Source: a virus
Reading direction: 5' to 3' (one strand)
IMG/VR virus record: IMGVR_UViG_3300045131_002929
Span: 32,001 to 96,000 of that record
Length of the DNA stretch: 64,000 bases
The translations under genes were made by a program, and so were the position numbers. Shown piece by piece: positions 48,517 to 56,798 of the stretch; within the stretch, counting starts at the first letter, position 1; the number at the start of each line of letters is the position of its first letter. The notes beneath the pieces were generated by a model. That model was not told the DNA's origin. It saw only the letters and a list, made by a program, of their open reading frames with translations, and did no database searches.

Positions 48517-49850
48517 TCATGATGCTGGACCGCAACACCTGCGAGGCTTTCCCCTATTATCTGCCTGACAACCCCTATTTTGAAGTTCTAGGCATGGTTT
48601 CGGACGTTTCAAACAAAGGGCTGACGACGTCCGAGCTAGCCGACTGGACTATAAAGCCGACCACCCTATGGCTGTGGCGCGACAAGGAGCGCGGAACTTT
48701 GAAAGTGTCCGAATGGTCGGAGCTGGCGAGTATGCTGCTGACCCGGACCTCGGAGGACGGCACCGGCGAGGACGGCGTCGTTAAACACTCTAAAGCCGTT
48801 CTCGGTCAGATAGCGCCTGTCGGCAAAGCCGCCGGCGAGCTGGCATGGGAGCAGTTCATGCGCCGGAGCGGCACCTCGTACTACGCGGATCTGTTGAAAT
48901 CCACGAACCCGAACTCGGTCGACAAGACTTACCAACACGCCGGCATAGACGCTAAAGGCGTGTACTCGCCTGCCGGCGCCATGCTGGACGGTGTGGTCGC
49001 GGACAGGGTGGAAGTAGCGCCGGACGCTAAAAAAGGAGTTTTCATCAAAACAGGCGAAGACATAACCGGCAAGTACGTGGAGAACGTGATGCCTGACCCG
49101 GCCGCCGAGCCGCCCGTCACCGCCGGCTCCAAAATGGTCGGCTGGCGCGTGGCGCGCGATCGCGTGACCGGCACGGCCTTCCACGAGATAACGGCCGATC
49201 TTAAGATGGAGCGCCACCGCGGCGAGGTTGTATGGCGGCCGCTGACCGGCAACATGAACAAGATGCTCACGCGGGCGGCCGTGCGCTGGATCTCGGACTG
49301 GAACTCCGACACAGATGAGAACGGCCGGGTGTCGTCGGTGACGCCGGTGTGGACCTACCTGAGCGTGGCCTGGGTCATAACGAAGAGCGAGTACACGCGC
49401 GCCGTCGAGTTCCTGATGGCTGATAGCGGCAGCCTGGACGTATGGCGCAAGATAGACTCGGCGGAGAGCGACCCGGCAGATCCAGCCGGCATGTACGGCA
49501 AAGTCGATGTGCGGGTTCCGCCCAGGCCGAAGACCGACGCCGAGCTCTACTCGACATCCTCCGCGTCGTCGTCAAGCGACTCAAGCACCTCGCATTCGTC
49601 AGACCCGCCGCCAGTCGTCTACGAGTATCACACCACCAGCTCGGAGTCATATTCAAGCTCCAGCCACAGCTCGGAGTCGCCTTCCAGCGGATCGTCCGCG
49701 TCGAGCGCCTCGTCGACATCCGAGTCAAGCGCAAGCTCGGGCGAATACGGCGACCCCATGATCCTGGACGTTGAGTACGGGCTGTCGGCGGGCTTGGGCA
49801 AAACCACTAAAATGAAATTGCTTGTAGGGAGGGCGCCCGCATGGACGTGA
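48507..49850 (+). CDS. Hypothetical protein with C-terminal Ser-rich tract
   Basis: 10-bp overlaps with both neighbours. Confidence 0.7.
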   Translation: MRVVMMLDRNTCEAFPYYLPDNPYFEVLGMVSDVSNKGLTTSELADWTIKPTTLWLWRDKERGTLKVSEWSELASMLLTRTSEDGTGEDGVVKHSKAVLGQIAPVGKAAGELAWEQFMRRSGTSYYADLLKSTNPNSVDKTYQHAGIDAKGVYSPAGAMLDGVVADRVEVAPDAKKGVFIKTGEDITGKYVENVMPDPAAEPPVTAGSKMVGWRVARDRVTGTAFHEITADLKMERHRGEVVWRPLTGNMNKMLTRAAVRWISDWNSDTDENGRVSSVTPVWTYLSVAWVITKSEYTRAVEFLMADSGSLDVWRKIDSAESDPADPAGMYGKVDVRVPPRPKTDAELYSTSSASSSSDSSTSHSSDPPPVVYEYHTTSSESYSSSSHSSESPSSGSSASSASSTSESSASSGEYGDPMILDVEYGLSAGLGKTTKMKLLVGRAPAWT

Positions 49851-51841
49851 CGACTTGGGATTTCGAGGGTTCGGACTGGGCGAACCCGGACCCCGGCGAC
49901 TGGCGCTATCTGGGCGCTCTGTCGAGGGCGCTGCATGAGCGGCGCGAGGCGGCCGGGCTGACCACGCGCGGATCCGCCGTATGGCGCGACTGGACGCACA
50001 CGCCCGCCGCGTTCGACTTCACAGCTTTCGATGCCGAGCTCGCGGAGACCGCCGGGGCCTTCATAGACGACGCCATGGCCTCCGTCGAAGAGCATCTGGA
50101 CCGGCGGGTAGCGGAGGTCGGCTGCGGCGACAGGCGCATGGCCTGCGGCCCGCTGAAGGAGGATGACGCTTATTGGGTGATCGGCGACCTTGGTTACGAC
50201 GGGGTGGTCGTGGAGAAGATCCGCGTCGATGGGTCTACGGTGGAGACCGAGGTCAAATGGACCTCGGCTTCCTGTATGACGAACGGCGCGGCGCTCGTTC
50301 GAAGCCTTATGTACAGAATGTCGTGGTCGCGGATGCTGGAGCGCGCCGGAGCCGACCAGTCGGCGCCGGAAGCCGCTCCGAGCATAGGCATGGACGGGTT
50401 CACCTTCAAAAGCCAGGCCATGCGCGCCTGGGTATCGCTAAGAAGGCGAATGCTGCCTACTCTGACGTGGGCCGCCGTGGAAGCCGCTGAGAAGGACTCC
50501 GACGGCAAGCCGCTTCCGGACGCCGCCTTCGACTTCCTGCATTGCGTGCGCAGCCGGTCGCGCGACAGGTATGACAACTGCCGCGGCTCGCAGATGGTCA
50601 CCGGCTCCGACGGGTCGTGGTTCGACGACTCGCCGCTGTCCAGCGTGAACGCGGCGTTCGGCGGCGTCTGCCGCTTCTGGTGGTGCTGGATGTACGGCGT
50701 CTACTACGGCTTCGTGCCTTTCGACGTAACTTGGCGGACGGGCGAGCCTTTCGAGCAGCGAGGCATGGGCGTCATCCCGATGAAAGGCAAGGACACGTAC
50801 AATCCCGGCAGGAACGCCGGGAAATGGTGCGACTGCGGCCTGGAGCTCTGGGAGTCGCCGGCCCCGAATCCGGACATATGGCGCGACGGACCGAGCAACT
50901 ACCCGCGCGACAGGCTCGTGGACTTCGAGGCCGAGGCGGCCGTGGAGTACGACGGCGGATCCCTATACGGGCCGCGCGTGACCGTAAGCAATGACAAAGT
51001 CGTGGAGTGGTGCCTGGTGGACGGAGTGTGGCCGCCCGCGCGGCATATGATGGACGGCAGTTTGCGGTACGAGGCGGCATGCCCTGACCCTTATAAGAAG
51101 ACAAGCGGCGGCACCGGTTATTTCACCACGGGCTTCAACCTGCCCTTCGGCGGCGGGGCCATGTGCGAAGGCGCCAAGAACAGAAGCCTGAAATGTGAAT
51201 ACGATCAGTACGAAGACGGCGTGGCCGTGGTGCAAGTGCGGCTCAACTCCAGCATGCCCTGGCAGTATGAGCGCATCTTCTGCGTATCCTGCGTCGGCGA
51301 CTTCTTCCTAGGCTCGACGCAAGGTTCCATCGGCTCAGTAGGGTGGGTGGCCGAAGGGCCCGGCGAGGTGTCGTGGACGGAGAAAGACAAGATGGGCCGC
51401 AAGACGATCAAGCTGTGGAACGCCGGCGAGGCGGGCAGCGTGAGCACGTGGTGGCAGACTCTCGAGATCCGCTCGCTGGCTTCCGGCAGAGGGGCGGCCC
51501 GCGTGGAGATCTTCGAGGATCGGACCGATGTGCGCACCGGATCCGAGGGGTCGACGGGCTTCGAGGACATAGAAAACAGCGTGACGGCCTATTCGACCAT
51601 GGACGCGGTGGCCAGCGACGCGTATGTGCCGCCTACGGCGCCTGGCGTGCCGCCTTACGCGGTCCACTCCACGCTCCAGGAAGCCGGATCGCTCACCATA
51701 GCAGGTTCGAAGGACCCCGTGGCGGCCTCGGCTTGGGCGACCGGCCGCAAAGGCGGGTCCAAGGGTCGTTGTTATTTCGCGTTCTCCAAGGTGGCGCTGC
51801 CGGCCATGGTCCGGGTAGCCACTTCTTTCACCTTCAAATAG
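49841..51841 (+). CDS. Hypothetical protein (Trp/Cys-rich, probably virion)
   Basis: 666-aa ORF, GGGAGAGG RBS. Confidence 0.7.
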   Translation: MDVTTWDFEGSDWANPDPGDWRYLGALSRALHERREAAGLTTRGSAVWRDWTHTPAAFDFTAFDAELAETAGAFIDDAMASVEEHLDRRVAEVGCGDRRMACGPLKEDDAYWVIGDLGYDGVVVEKIRVDGSTVETEVKWTSASCMTNGAALVRSLMYRMSWSRMLERAGADQSAPEAAPSIGMDGFTFKSQAMRAWVSLRRRMLPTLTWAAVEAAEKDSDGKPLPDAAFDFLHCVRSRSRDRYDNCRGSQMVTGSDGSWFDDSPLSSVNAAFGGVCRFWWCWMYGVYYGFVPFDVTWRTGEPFEQRGMGVIPMKGKDTYNPGRNAGKWCDCGLELWESPAPNPDIWRDGPSNYPRDRLVDFEAEAAVEYDGGSLYGPRVTVSNDKVVEWCLVDGVWPPARHMMDGSLRYEAACPDPYKKTSGGTGYFTTGFNLPFGGGAMCEGAKNRSLKCEYDQYEDGVAVVQVRLNSSMPWQYERIFCVSCVGDFFLGSTQGSIGSVGWVAEGPGEVSWTEKDKMGRKTIKLWNAGEAGSVSTWWQTLEIRSLASGRGAARVEIFEDRTDVRTGSEGSTGFEDIENSVTAYSTMDAVASDAYVPPTAPGVPPYAVHSTLQEAGSLTIAGSKDPVAASAWATGRKGGSKGRCYFAFSKVALPAMVRVATSFTFK

Positions 51842-51853
51842 AAAGGATCGGCC

Positions 51854-52612
51854 ATGTTCTCAATGGGCGAGTTGATTGCGTCGAGGCGGAGCGAGCTGCT
51901 GGCCGCCTACCCGGAGATCGAGGAGCTGCTGGTGGGCCAGTCGCGCGGCGGATGCTTCAGCTGCTCGGCCCGAAAGGCGCTGAGCGCCGTCCGCGCGCTC
52001 GGTAAACGTGTGGACGGCCTCATACCAGACGAAGTTTTCAAATCCGTCACCGTCGGCGACCTGAAAACAGGCGGGCGGGGAGCCTTCATGGCCGGAAAAC
52101 CGGAAGCCTACTCGCCTGACGCGTCGGATATGGACGACGAAGCGCGCGTGGGCTGCCTCGACTGCGTGCTCAAACACCTCGCGCGGGCGCTCGTACTGCT
52201 GGAGGAGAGCGAGCTTGGCTACCCGCAGCACCGCGACCTGGCCATAATCCAGGTGGAAAAAGCCTTGACCCACGCTCCAGATGACGCGGAACTGCGAAAA
52301 ATAGCCGCCGCCATCAACTCAGGAGGCCTTTTCGGCGCTTTCGCCAAGGCTGTAGGCCTGATAAAGACGAAATTGGACTCCGGCAAGGGCGGTAGGTGGC
52401 TTTGGATGGCAGTCGGCCACCTCGGCGAGGCCGAAGCGGAGGCTTTGCTCGACAATCAGATACTCGCGGAGGAGATCAGGCAGTTCAGAGTCGCGCTGAT
52501 GGGCGGCGTGAAGCTCGACATGAAGGCTTTAATGGACAAACTGGAGATGCTCAGACGCCGCCAGCGCGACCTGGAGGCCGCGAACATGCCTAAAAGCGAG
52601 TGGAATTCGTAA
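51854..52612 (+). CDS. Hypothetical protein with two CxxC motifs
   Basis: GCFSC and GCLDCVLKHL. Confidence 0.7.
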   Translation: MFSMGELIASRRSELLAAYPEIEELLVGQSRGGCFSCSARKALSAVRALGKRVDGLIPDEVFKSVTVGDLKTGGRGAFMAGKPEAYSPDASDMDDEARVGCLDCVLKHLARALVLLEESELGYPQHRDLAIIQVEKALTHAPDDAELRKIAAAINSGGLFGAFAKAVGLIKTKLDSGKGGRWLWMAVGHLGEAEAEALLDNQILAEEIRQFRVALMGGVKLDMKALMDKLEMLRRRQRDLEAANMPKSEWNS

Positions 52613-52636
52613 AAAAATACCTGAAAGGCGGCCGCC

Positions 52637-52855
52637 ATGACTCCGGAACTGATAAAAACGAACAAAAAACTGATTCTGAGCGTGTTTCCGGAGGCGGCCG
52701 GGGCCTTCGAGGCCGCCTCAGGGTGCCGGAGCTGCGGTTCCGCCCGGGCTCTAGGCGCGCTATTTTCTATAATAGCCCGGCTCCCTAAGAAGGGGCGGGC
52801 CGTGGATAAGCTGGCCGGCATCATACCAGCGCTGGTTCTCCGGGACAATCCGTGA
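52637..52855 (+). CDS. Small CxxC protein, paralogous to the N-terminus of the upstream gene
   Basis: GCRSCGSARAL vs GCFSCSARKAL. Confidence 0.6.
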   Translation: MTPELIKTNKKLILSVFPEAAGAFEAASGCRSCGSARALGALFSIIARLPKKGRAVDKLAGIIPALVLRDNP

Positions 52856-52871
52856 CTCGAAAGGCATTCCG

Positions 52872-53222
52872 ATGGCTTACATAGAGCTAAAACACAGCCT
52901 ACAGCTTGAAAACGGGCGCTGGAGGCTGAAAATGTGGACGGCGAAGGCCGTCGACATGTCCGAAAAGGTGTTCGTGTACCAAAAAATGCCTGATTTACCC
53001 TACCAGCAGCCCGATCTGGCCTATTTCGTGAACATAGCTTCGGCCGCGGACATGGCTGACTACCCGGAAGACGCGGCAGGGCCTGATTTTCCGTTTTTCA
53101 GGAAAAACGGAGCCGATCTCAGCTTCGCGTCGCTGGTCATGGCGGAGCAGGCGGCTGAGTCGGCGGCCGGCGACGCCGGCGCCTTGGCCCGGACAGTGAC
53201 TAAACTCGACGTCTATATATAA
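52872..53222 (+). CDS. Hypothetical protein, paralogue 1
   Basis: FVY...FVNIASAADM...R...DL.F. Confidence 0.65.
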   Translation: MAYIELKHSLQLENGRWRLKMWTAKAVDMSEKVFVYQKMPDLPYQQPDLAYFVNIASAADMADYPEDAAGPDFPFFRKNGADLSFASLVMAEQAAESAAGDAGALARTVTKLDVYI

Positions 53223-53234
53223 CAGGGGGGCGCC

Positions 53235-53531
53235 ATGGCTTGGTCCATTGATACGAACACCTACGGCTCGGACGAGGAGCGCTCGCCTGGGTTCCGCCTC
53301 ACTGTGCGGGTCACGGGCGGCTACCCTTTCGTGTACGACGGCGAAGACTTCCTGAACACGGCTTCCTGCGCCGACATGCTCGACATCCGCTCGGAGGCCG
53401 AGGCGGCGGCCGGGCCGCTCGTCAGGCGGGCGGCCATCGACCTGGTGTTCCGCTGCCCCGACGCCCTGGACGACATGCTGGCCGCGGTGGAGCGCGACCT
53501 GGCTATCCTCGAGAGCTTCGAAAACAGCTAA
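53235..53531 (+). CDS. Hypothetical protein, paralogue 2
   Basis: FVY...FLNTASCADM...R...DLVF. Confidence 0.65.
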   Translation: MAWSIDTNTYGSDEERSPGFRLTVRVTGGYPFVYDGEDFLNTASCADMLDIRSEAEAAAGPLVRRAAIDLVFRCPDALDDMLAAVERDLAILESFENS

Positions 53532-53538
53532 AAGCTGG

Positions 53539-54075
53539 TCATTTGGCGGCGGCCTCGGCCCGCGCCATCTCCTCGTTCAAAGCGGGGTCCGCAGCGCGGG
53601 CCGCTTTGATCTCCGCCAGCATCTCGGCCTCGGCCTGAGCCAGCTGCTCCGGGCTCATGATGTTGTCGTTGAGGATCGGGTTCAGCCCTCTGTCCGACTG
53701 CGCCCTGGCCGCTAGGCAGGCCCTTGACAGCGCCGCCAGCATGTCGTGGTCGGCGGCGGCGCCGCCGGACCGTCTGCCCAGCTCCGTGATGGCCGCGATG
53801 CGTTTGGCGGCCTCCGTCGCCGAGAGCATTCTGAATTTATCCTCGCCGTCGGCCATGTCGACATACTCGGTGACCACGAACCCGCCCCGCGCGAACACGC
53901 GCTTTATGTGCACCTTCTGCTGGTTGTCGGGCGACGCGCGGATCACTCCGGCGAATGACGTCTCGGCCTCCTGGGGCAGGCTTCGATCCTTCAGGATGTT
54001 AAAAACCGAACTTGCGCCTTTCTTGTTTGCGCATGAAGCTTCTTTTCGTGTAGCCTTTACTTTCTGGACGGACAT
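53539..54075 (-). CDS. Hypothetical protein
   Basis: 178 aa; AAGGTGG upstream; converges on the structural operon. Confidence 0.65.
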   Translation of the reverse strand: MSVQKVKATRKEASCANKKGASSVFNILKDRSLPQEAETSFAGVIRASPDNQQKVHIKRVFARGGFVVTEYVDMADGEDKFRMLSATEAAKRIAAITELGRRSGGAAADHDMLAALSRACLAARAQSDRGLNPILNDNIMSPEQLAQAEAEMLAEIKAARAADPALNEEMARAEAAAK

Positions 54076-54922
54076 TGCCAGCCACCTTACTTTTGGGGTT
54101 CTCTACTGCCACTACCTCGCCGGGGTGGAGATTCACCAAGCGCTCCGCGTCCACCTTGGACCACTCGTAGCCTTTGGATATGTTCAAAGCCCTATAATGG
54201 GCCGAAGCCTCGAGACCGTACGCTCCGGAGCATACCGGACTGGACGCGCATACGATTATCCTGCCTATCTTCGACTCCGACAGCGCCAGAAAAGGATTCG
54301 GCGTGTACCCCTTCCAGTTGGAGGGGATCACCATCGACAGCGCGCCGAGGCCCGCGTCGGCGGCCGCGGCCTGGACGGCTGCCGCCGCGTACGGCCTGTC
54401 GAACACGAAAAGATCGCCTATCTCCCTGTCGAAACCTGCGCATATGGAGGCCTTTATGAACGATCTCAGTATTTTTATGAACGTGAACGAGTCGTACAGG
54501 ATCAGCCCGGAGGCCTGCATGGGCCGCAGCGACGCCGGGAACACAAGGAAGCTGCCTGCCGGCGACTTGGCTATCATGTCGCACGGGCAGGGCTGGCTCT
54601 GCGTCCGCTTCTCCCACACGTAGCTGTAGTCGGGCAGTCCGCGGATGAACTCCAGGGCCTCGCGCCTACTGGCCAGCCCGATGAAGTTCGAGCCTGCGGT
54701 CATCACCCGGGACGAGTAGCGCAGCTTGGCCAGCATGTACGCCGCGTGCGGCTCGTCGACGAGCTCCGCGAGATCATCGCGCCGGGCCTTGAACCAATTC
54801 CAGAAGCTGGCCGTGTACGCGTCCTGCGAATGCAGACATTTGGGGCAGGCTATGTAGGGCGAAGGCTCACCGCACTTTGGACATAGACCGCCAACGGCTG
54901 TAGAGTATCTGAGACGCTCCAT
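53999..54922 (-). CDS. Hypothetical protein with N-terminal zinc finger
   Basis: Likely start ATG 54922 (MERLRYST...CPKC...CPKC); the longer ORF would overlap the opposite-strand gene. Confidence 0.6.
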   Translation of the reverse strand: MERLRYSTAVGGLCPKCGEPSPYIACPKCLHSQDAYTASFWNWFKARRDDLAELVDEPHAAYMLAKLRYSSRVMTAGSNFIGLASRREALEFIRGLPDYSYVWEKRTQSQPCPCDMIAKSPAGSFLVFPASLRPMQASGLILYDSFTFIKILRSFIKASICAGFDREIGDLFVFDRPYAAAAVQAAAADAGLGALSMVIPSNWKGYTPNPFLALSESKIGRIIVCASSPVCSGAYGLEASAHYRALNISKGYEWSKVDAERLVNLHPGEVVAVENPKSKVAGNVRPESKGYTKRSFMRKQERRKFGF

Positions 54923-54946
54923 GTCAATCACCCGGAGGATTAAAAA

Positions 54947-56173
54947 ATGCGTGATCAATACGACGATGCGGATAGAGGCCAGCTTTTCAGACTGGGTAAA
55001 GTAATCAACATTCCCGAGTTTGTCAAGACCGCCAGCGTATCGGATCCTGAAGACTTGAAAGGCCTGGCCCCATCCTCGTTCGGCGATCCGGCGCGGCGCA
55101 AGTTCCCGCTGGGCAGCAGGCACGACGCCTGGCTGTCCAGACTGTACTTCGCCAAGAACGCCTCGATGTATAAGGACGCCGGCGAGCGGTCGGCGGTCCG
55201 GGCGCGCATAGAGCGCGCGGCCGGCGTTTGGGGACTGCCCGCCGAGTACGAGACGAACGGCGGGATGCCTAAAAAGGCCAGGCAGCGGTTCTCGATCCCT
55301 ATCAAGGCCGCCGGCGGCTGCACCTTGGACTCGCTGGTGCTGGACTCGCCCCGCGATCTCGAGAAGGCCGCCATCCAGATCTTCGACAACAAAGGGCTGT
55401 TCACTTTCGACCAACGCAGCTCCGTGGCCCGCAAAATGTCGCAGCTGCCCATCTGCAAAGAGGCCGCGCTCAGGCCCGACGTCGCGGAATACATGGAAAA
55501 GGCCGCCGGATACGGAATGGCCTCCAAGTCGGACCTGATGGCCGCCGTAAGCTCACGCGCGCTGCTCTACGACAAGATCGACCCGGCGGTGGCCGCCAGA
55601 GCCTCCACGCTGGCCGACAAGCTCGCGGAGGCTTCGGACCTCATGCCCGCCGACCTTGGCAAGGTGGCGGCCGTCCTAGGGGCCTGCGACGAGGCCTGCG
55701 GACTGAACAGGCACTACTCGCGCGGGCTGCAGACTCCGGAGGAGGCGGTCTTCAAATGGACATGCAAGACGGCTTCCGAAGCTTTGCGCGACGGCAAGGT
55801 GCGGCTCATGAACGGCCGCTCGGTGCCTATCGAGAAGCTCTCCGAGGAGGTGCTGGACCGCTATTTCAACGACGTCCAAGGCGAAATCCCGACGGGCAGC
55901 CATATGGACAAGCTGGCCATGGCGGCGAGCCTGCCGCGGCCGGACGCGGACGATCTGCTGAAGTACGCGGAGGTCGACGACCTGAACCAGGAGTCGGCGG
56001 ACGGCGACCGCCCGCCCGTGGACAGGGACGCCACGGGCAGGGACGCCGCCCACAAGGCGGGCAAGGCGAAGCGGGACTACGAAGAGGGTCGCGACGAGCC
56101 TGCCGCGACGGACTGCACCGGCAAGAAGGCCAGCCTGCTGGCCATGTTCGCGAAGGCCGTCACCGATGACTGA
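54947..56173 (+). CDS. KxA-motif-rich protein (possible head/scaffold-associated), DUF6582-like N-terminal segment
   Basis: GGAGG RBS; SSFGDPARRKFPL...RIERAA..WG; 14 of 30 Lys are in K-x-A. Confidence 0.65.
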   Translation: MRDQYDDADRGQLFRLGKVINIPEFVKTASVSDPEDLKGLAPSSFGDPARRKFPLGSRHDAWLSRLYFAKNASMYKDAGERSAVRARIERAAGVWGLPAEYETNGGMPKKARQRFSIPIKAAGGCTLDSLVLDSPRDLEKAAIQIFDNKGLFTFDQRSSVARKMSQLPICKEAALRPDVAEYMEKAAGYGMASKSDLMAAVSSRALLYDKIDPAVAARASTLADKLAEASDLMPADLGKVAAVLGACDEACGLNRHYSRGLQTPEEAVFKWTCKTASEALRDGKVRLMNGRSVPIEKLSEEVLDRYFNDVQGEIPTGSHMDKLAMAASLPRPDADDLLKYAEVDDLNQESADGDRPPVDRDATGRDAAHKAGKAKRDYEEGRDEPAATDCTGKKASLLAMFAKAVTDD

Positions 56174-56798
56174 GAAATATAGAGACGCGGCTGAGGCTTT
56201 CGCTGATCCGGAGCTGTTCGGATCAGCGGCGCTCGTCCTCGCCTACGACATGCTCGGCGACTTCTTCGAATGGGAGCCTGAGACCATCGAGGCGGACCTC
56301 CGCGCCAACGGCGCGCGGCCGGGGCGCGGCTGCATGGACCGGCTTATGGCCGCTGCCACCGTGCGGTCGTCCGCCGCCTTCCACGAGAGTCTGGAGACCT
56401 TCATGGACGTCTGCCACGCCTTGAACTTCGGCAGGGTGTCGGCTTCCGCGATGTCGAACGCGGACCTGGACGACGTGGCGTGGGGCTGCGTCGAGGCCCG
56501 CGTGATAGAAGGCACCGAGGCCTTCGACGCGAACGGGTTCGCGGACGACGTCAGACTGTACGCTGGGTTCCTGCTCGACAGGGCCGGCTTCGACAAGGCG
56601 CCGCGCATACTGGACTTCGCCGAGCTGCCGCAAGGCCGCGGGGCCGACCTGCCGCTGGACGGCACGCTGCTCGGCGTGTTCGCGTCGAACGTCGCGGAGA
56701 TGACGGAGCAGCTGGACGCCGGCGCGTCGGCCCGGCTGCAGAAGCTGTTCGAGCAGATGCGCCGGCTGCCTTTGCGCTCAGGCAAAGTGCCTAATTAA
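56166..56798 (+). CDS. Hypothetical acidic protein
   Basis: 210 aa, overlaps the upstream gene; WEPETI motif. Confidence 0.65.
   Translation: MTEKYRDAAEAFADPELFGSAALVLAYDMLGDFFEWEPETIEADLRANGARPGRGCMDRLMAAATVRSSAAFHESLETFMDVCHALNFGRVSASAMSNADLDDVAWGCVEARVIEGTEAFDANGFADDVRLYAGFLLDRAGFDKAPRILDFAELPQGRGADLPLDGTLLGVFASNVAEMTEQLDAGASARLQKLFEQMRRLPLRSGKVPN

Noticed and set aside
54923-55414. N-terminal extension of the 471-aa minus-strand ORF
   Set aside because: It lies antisense to the well-supported 54947-56173 gene; the start was moved to 54922.
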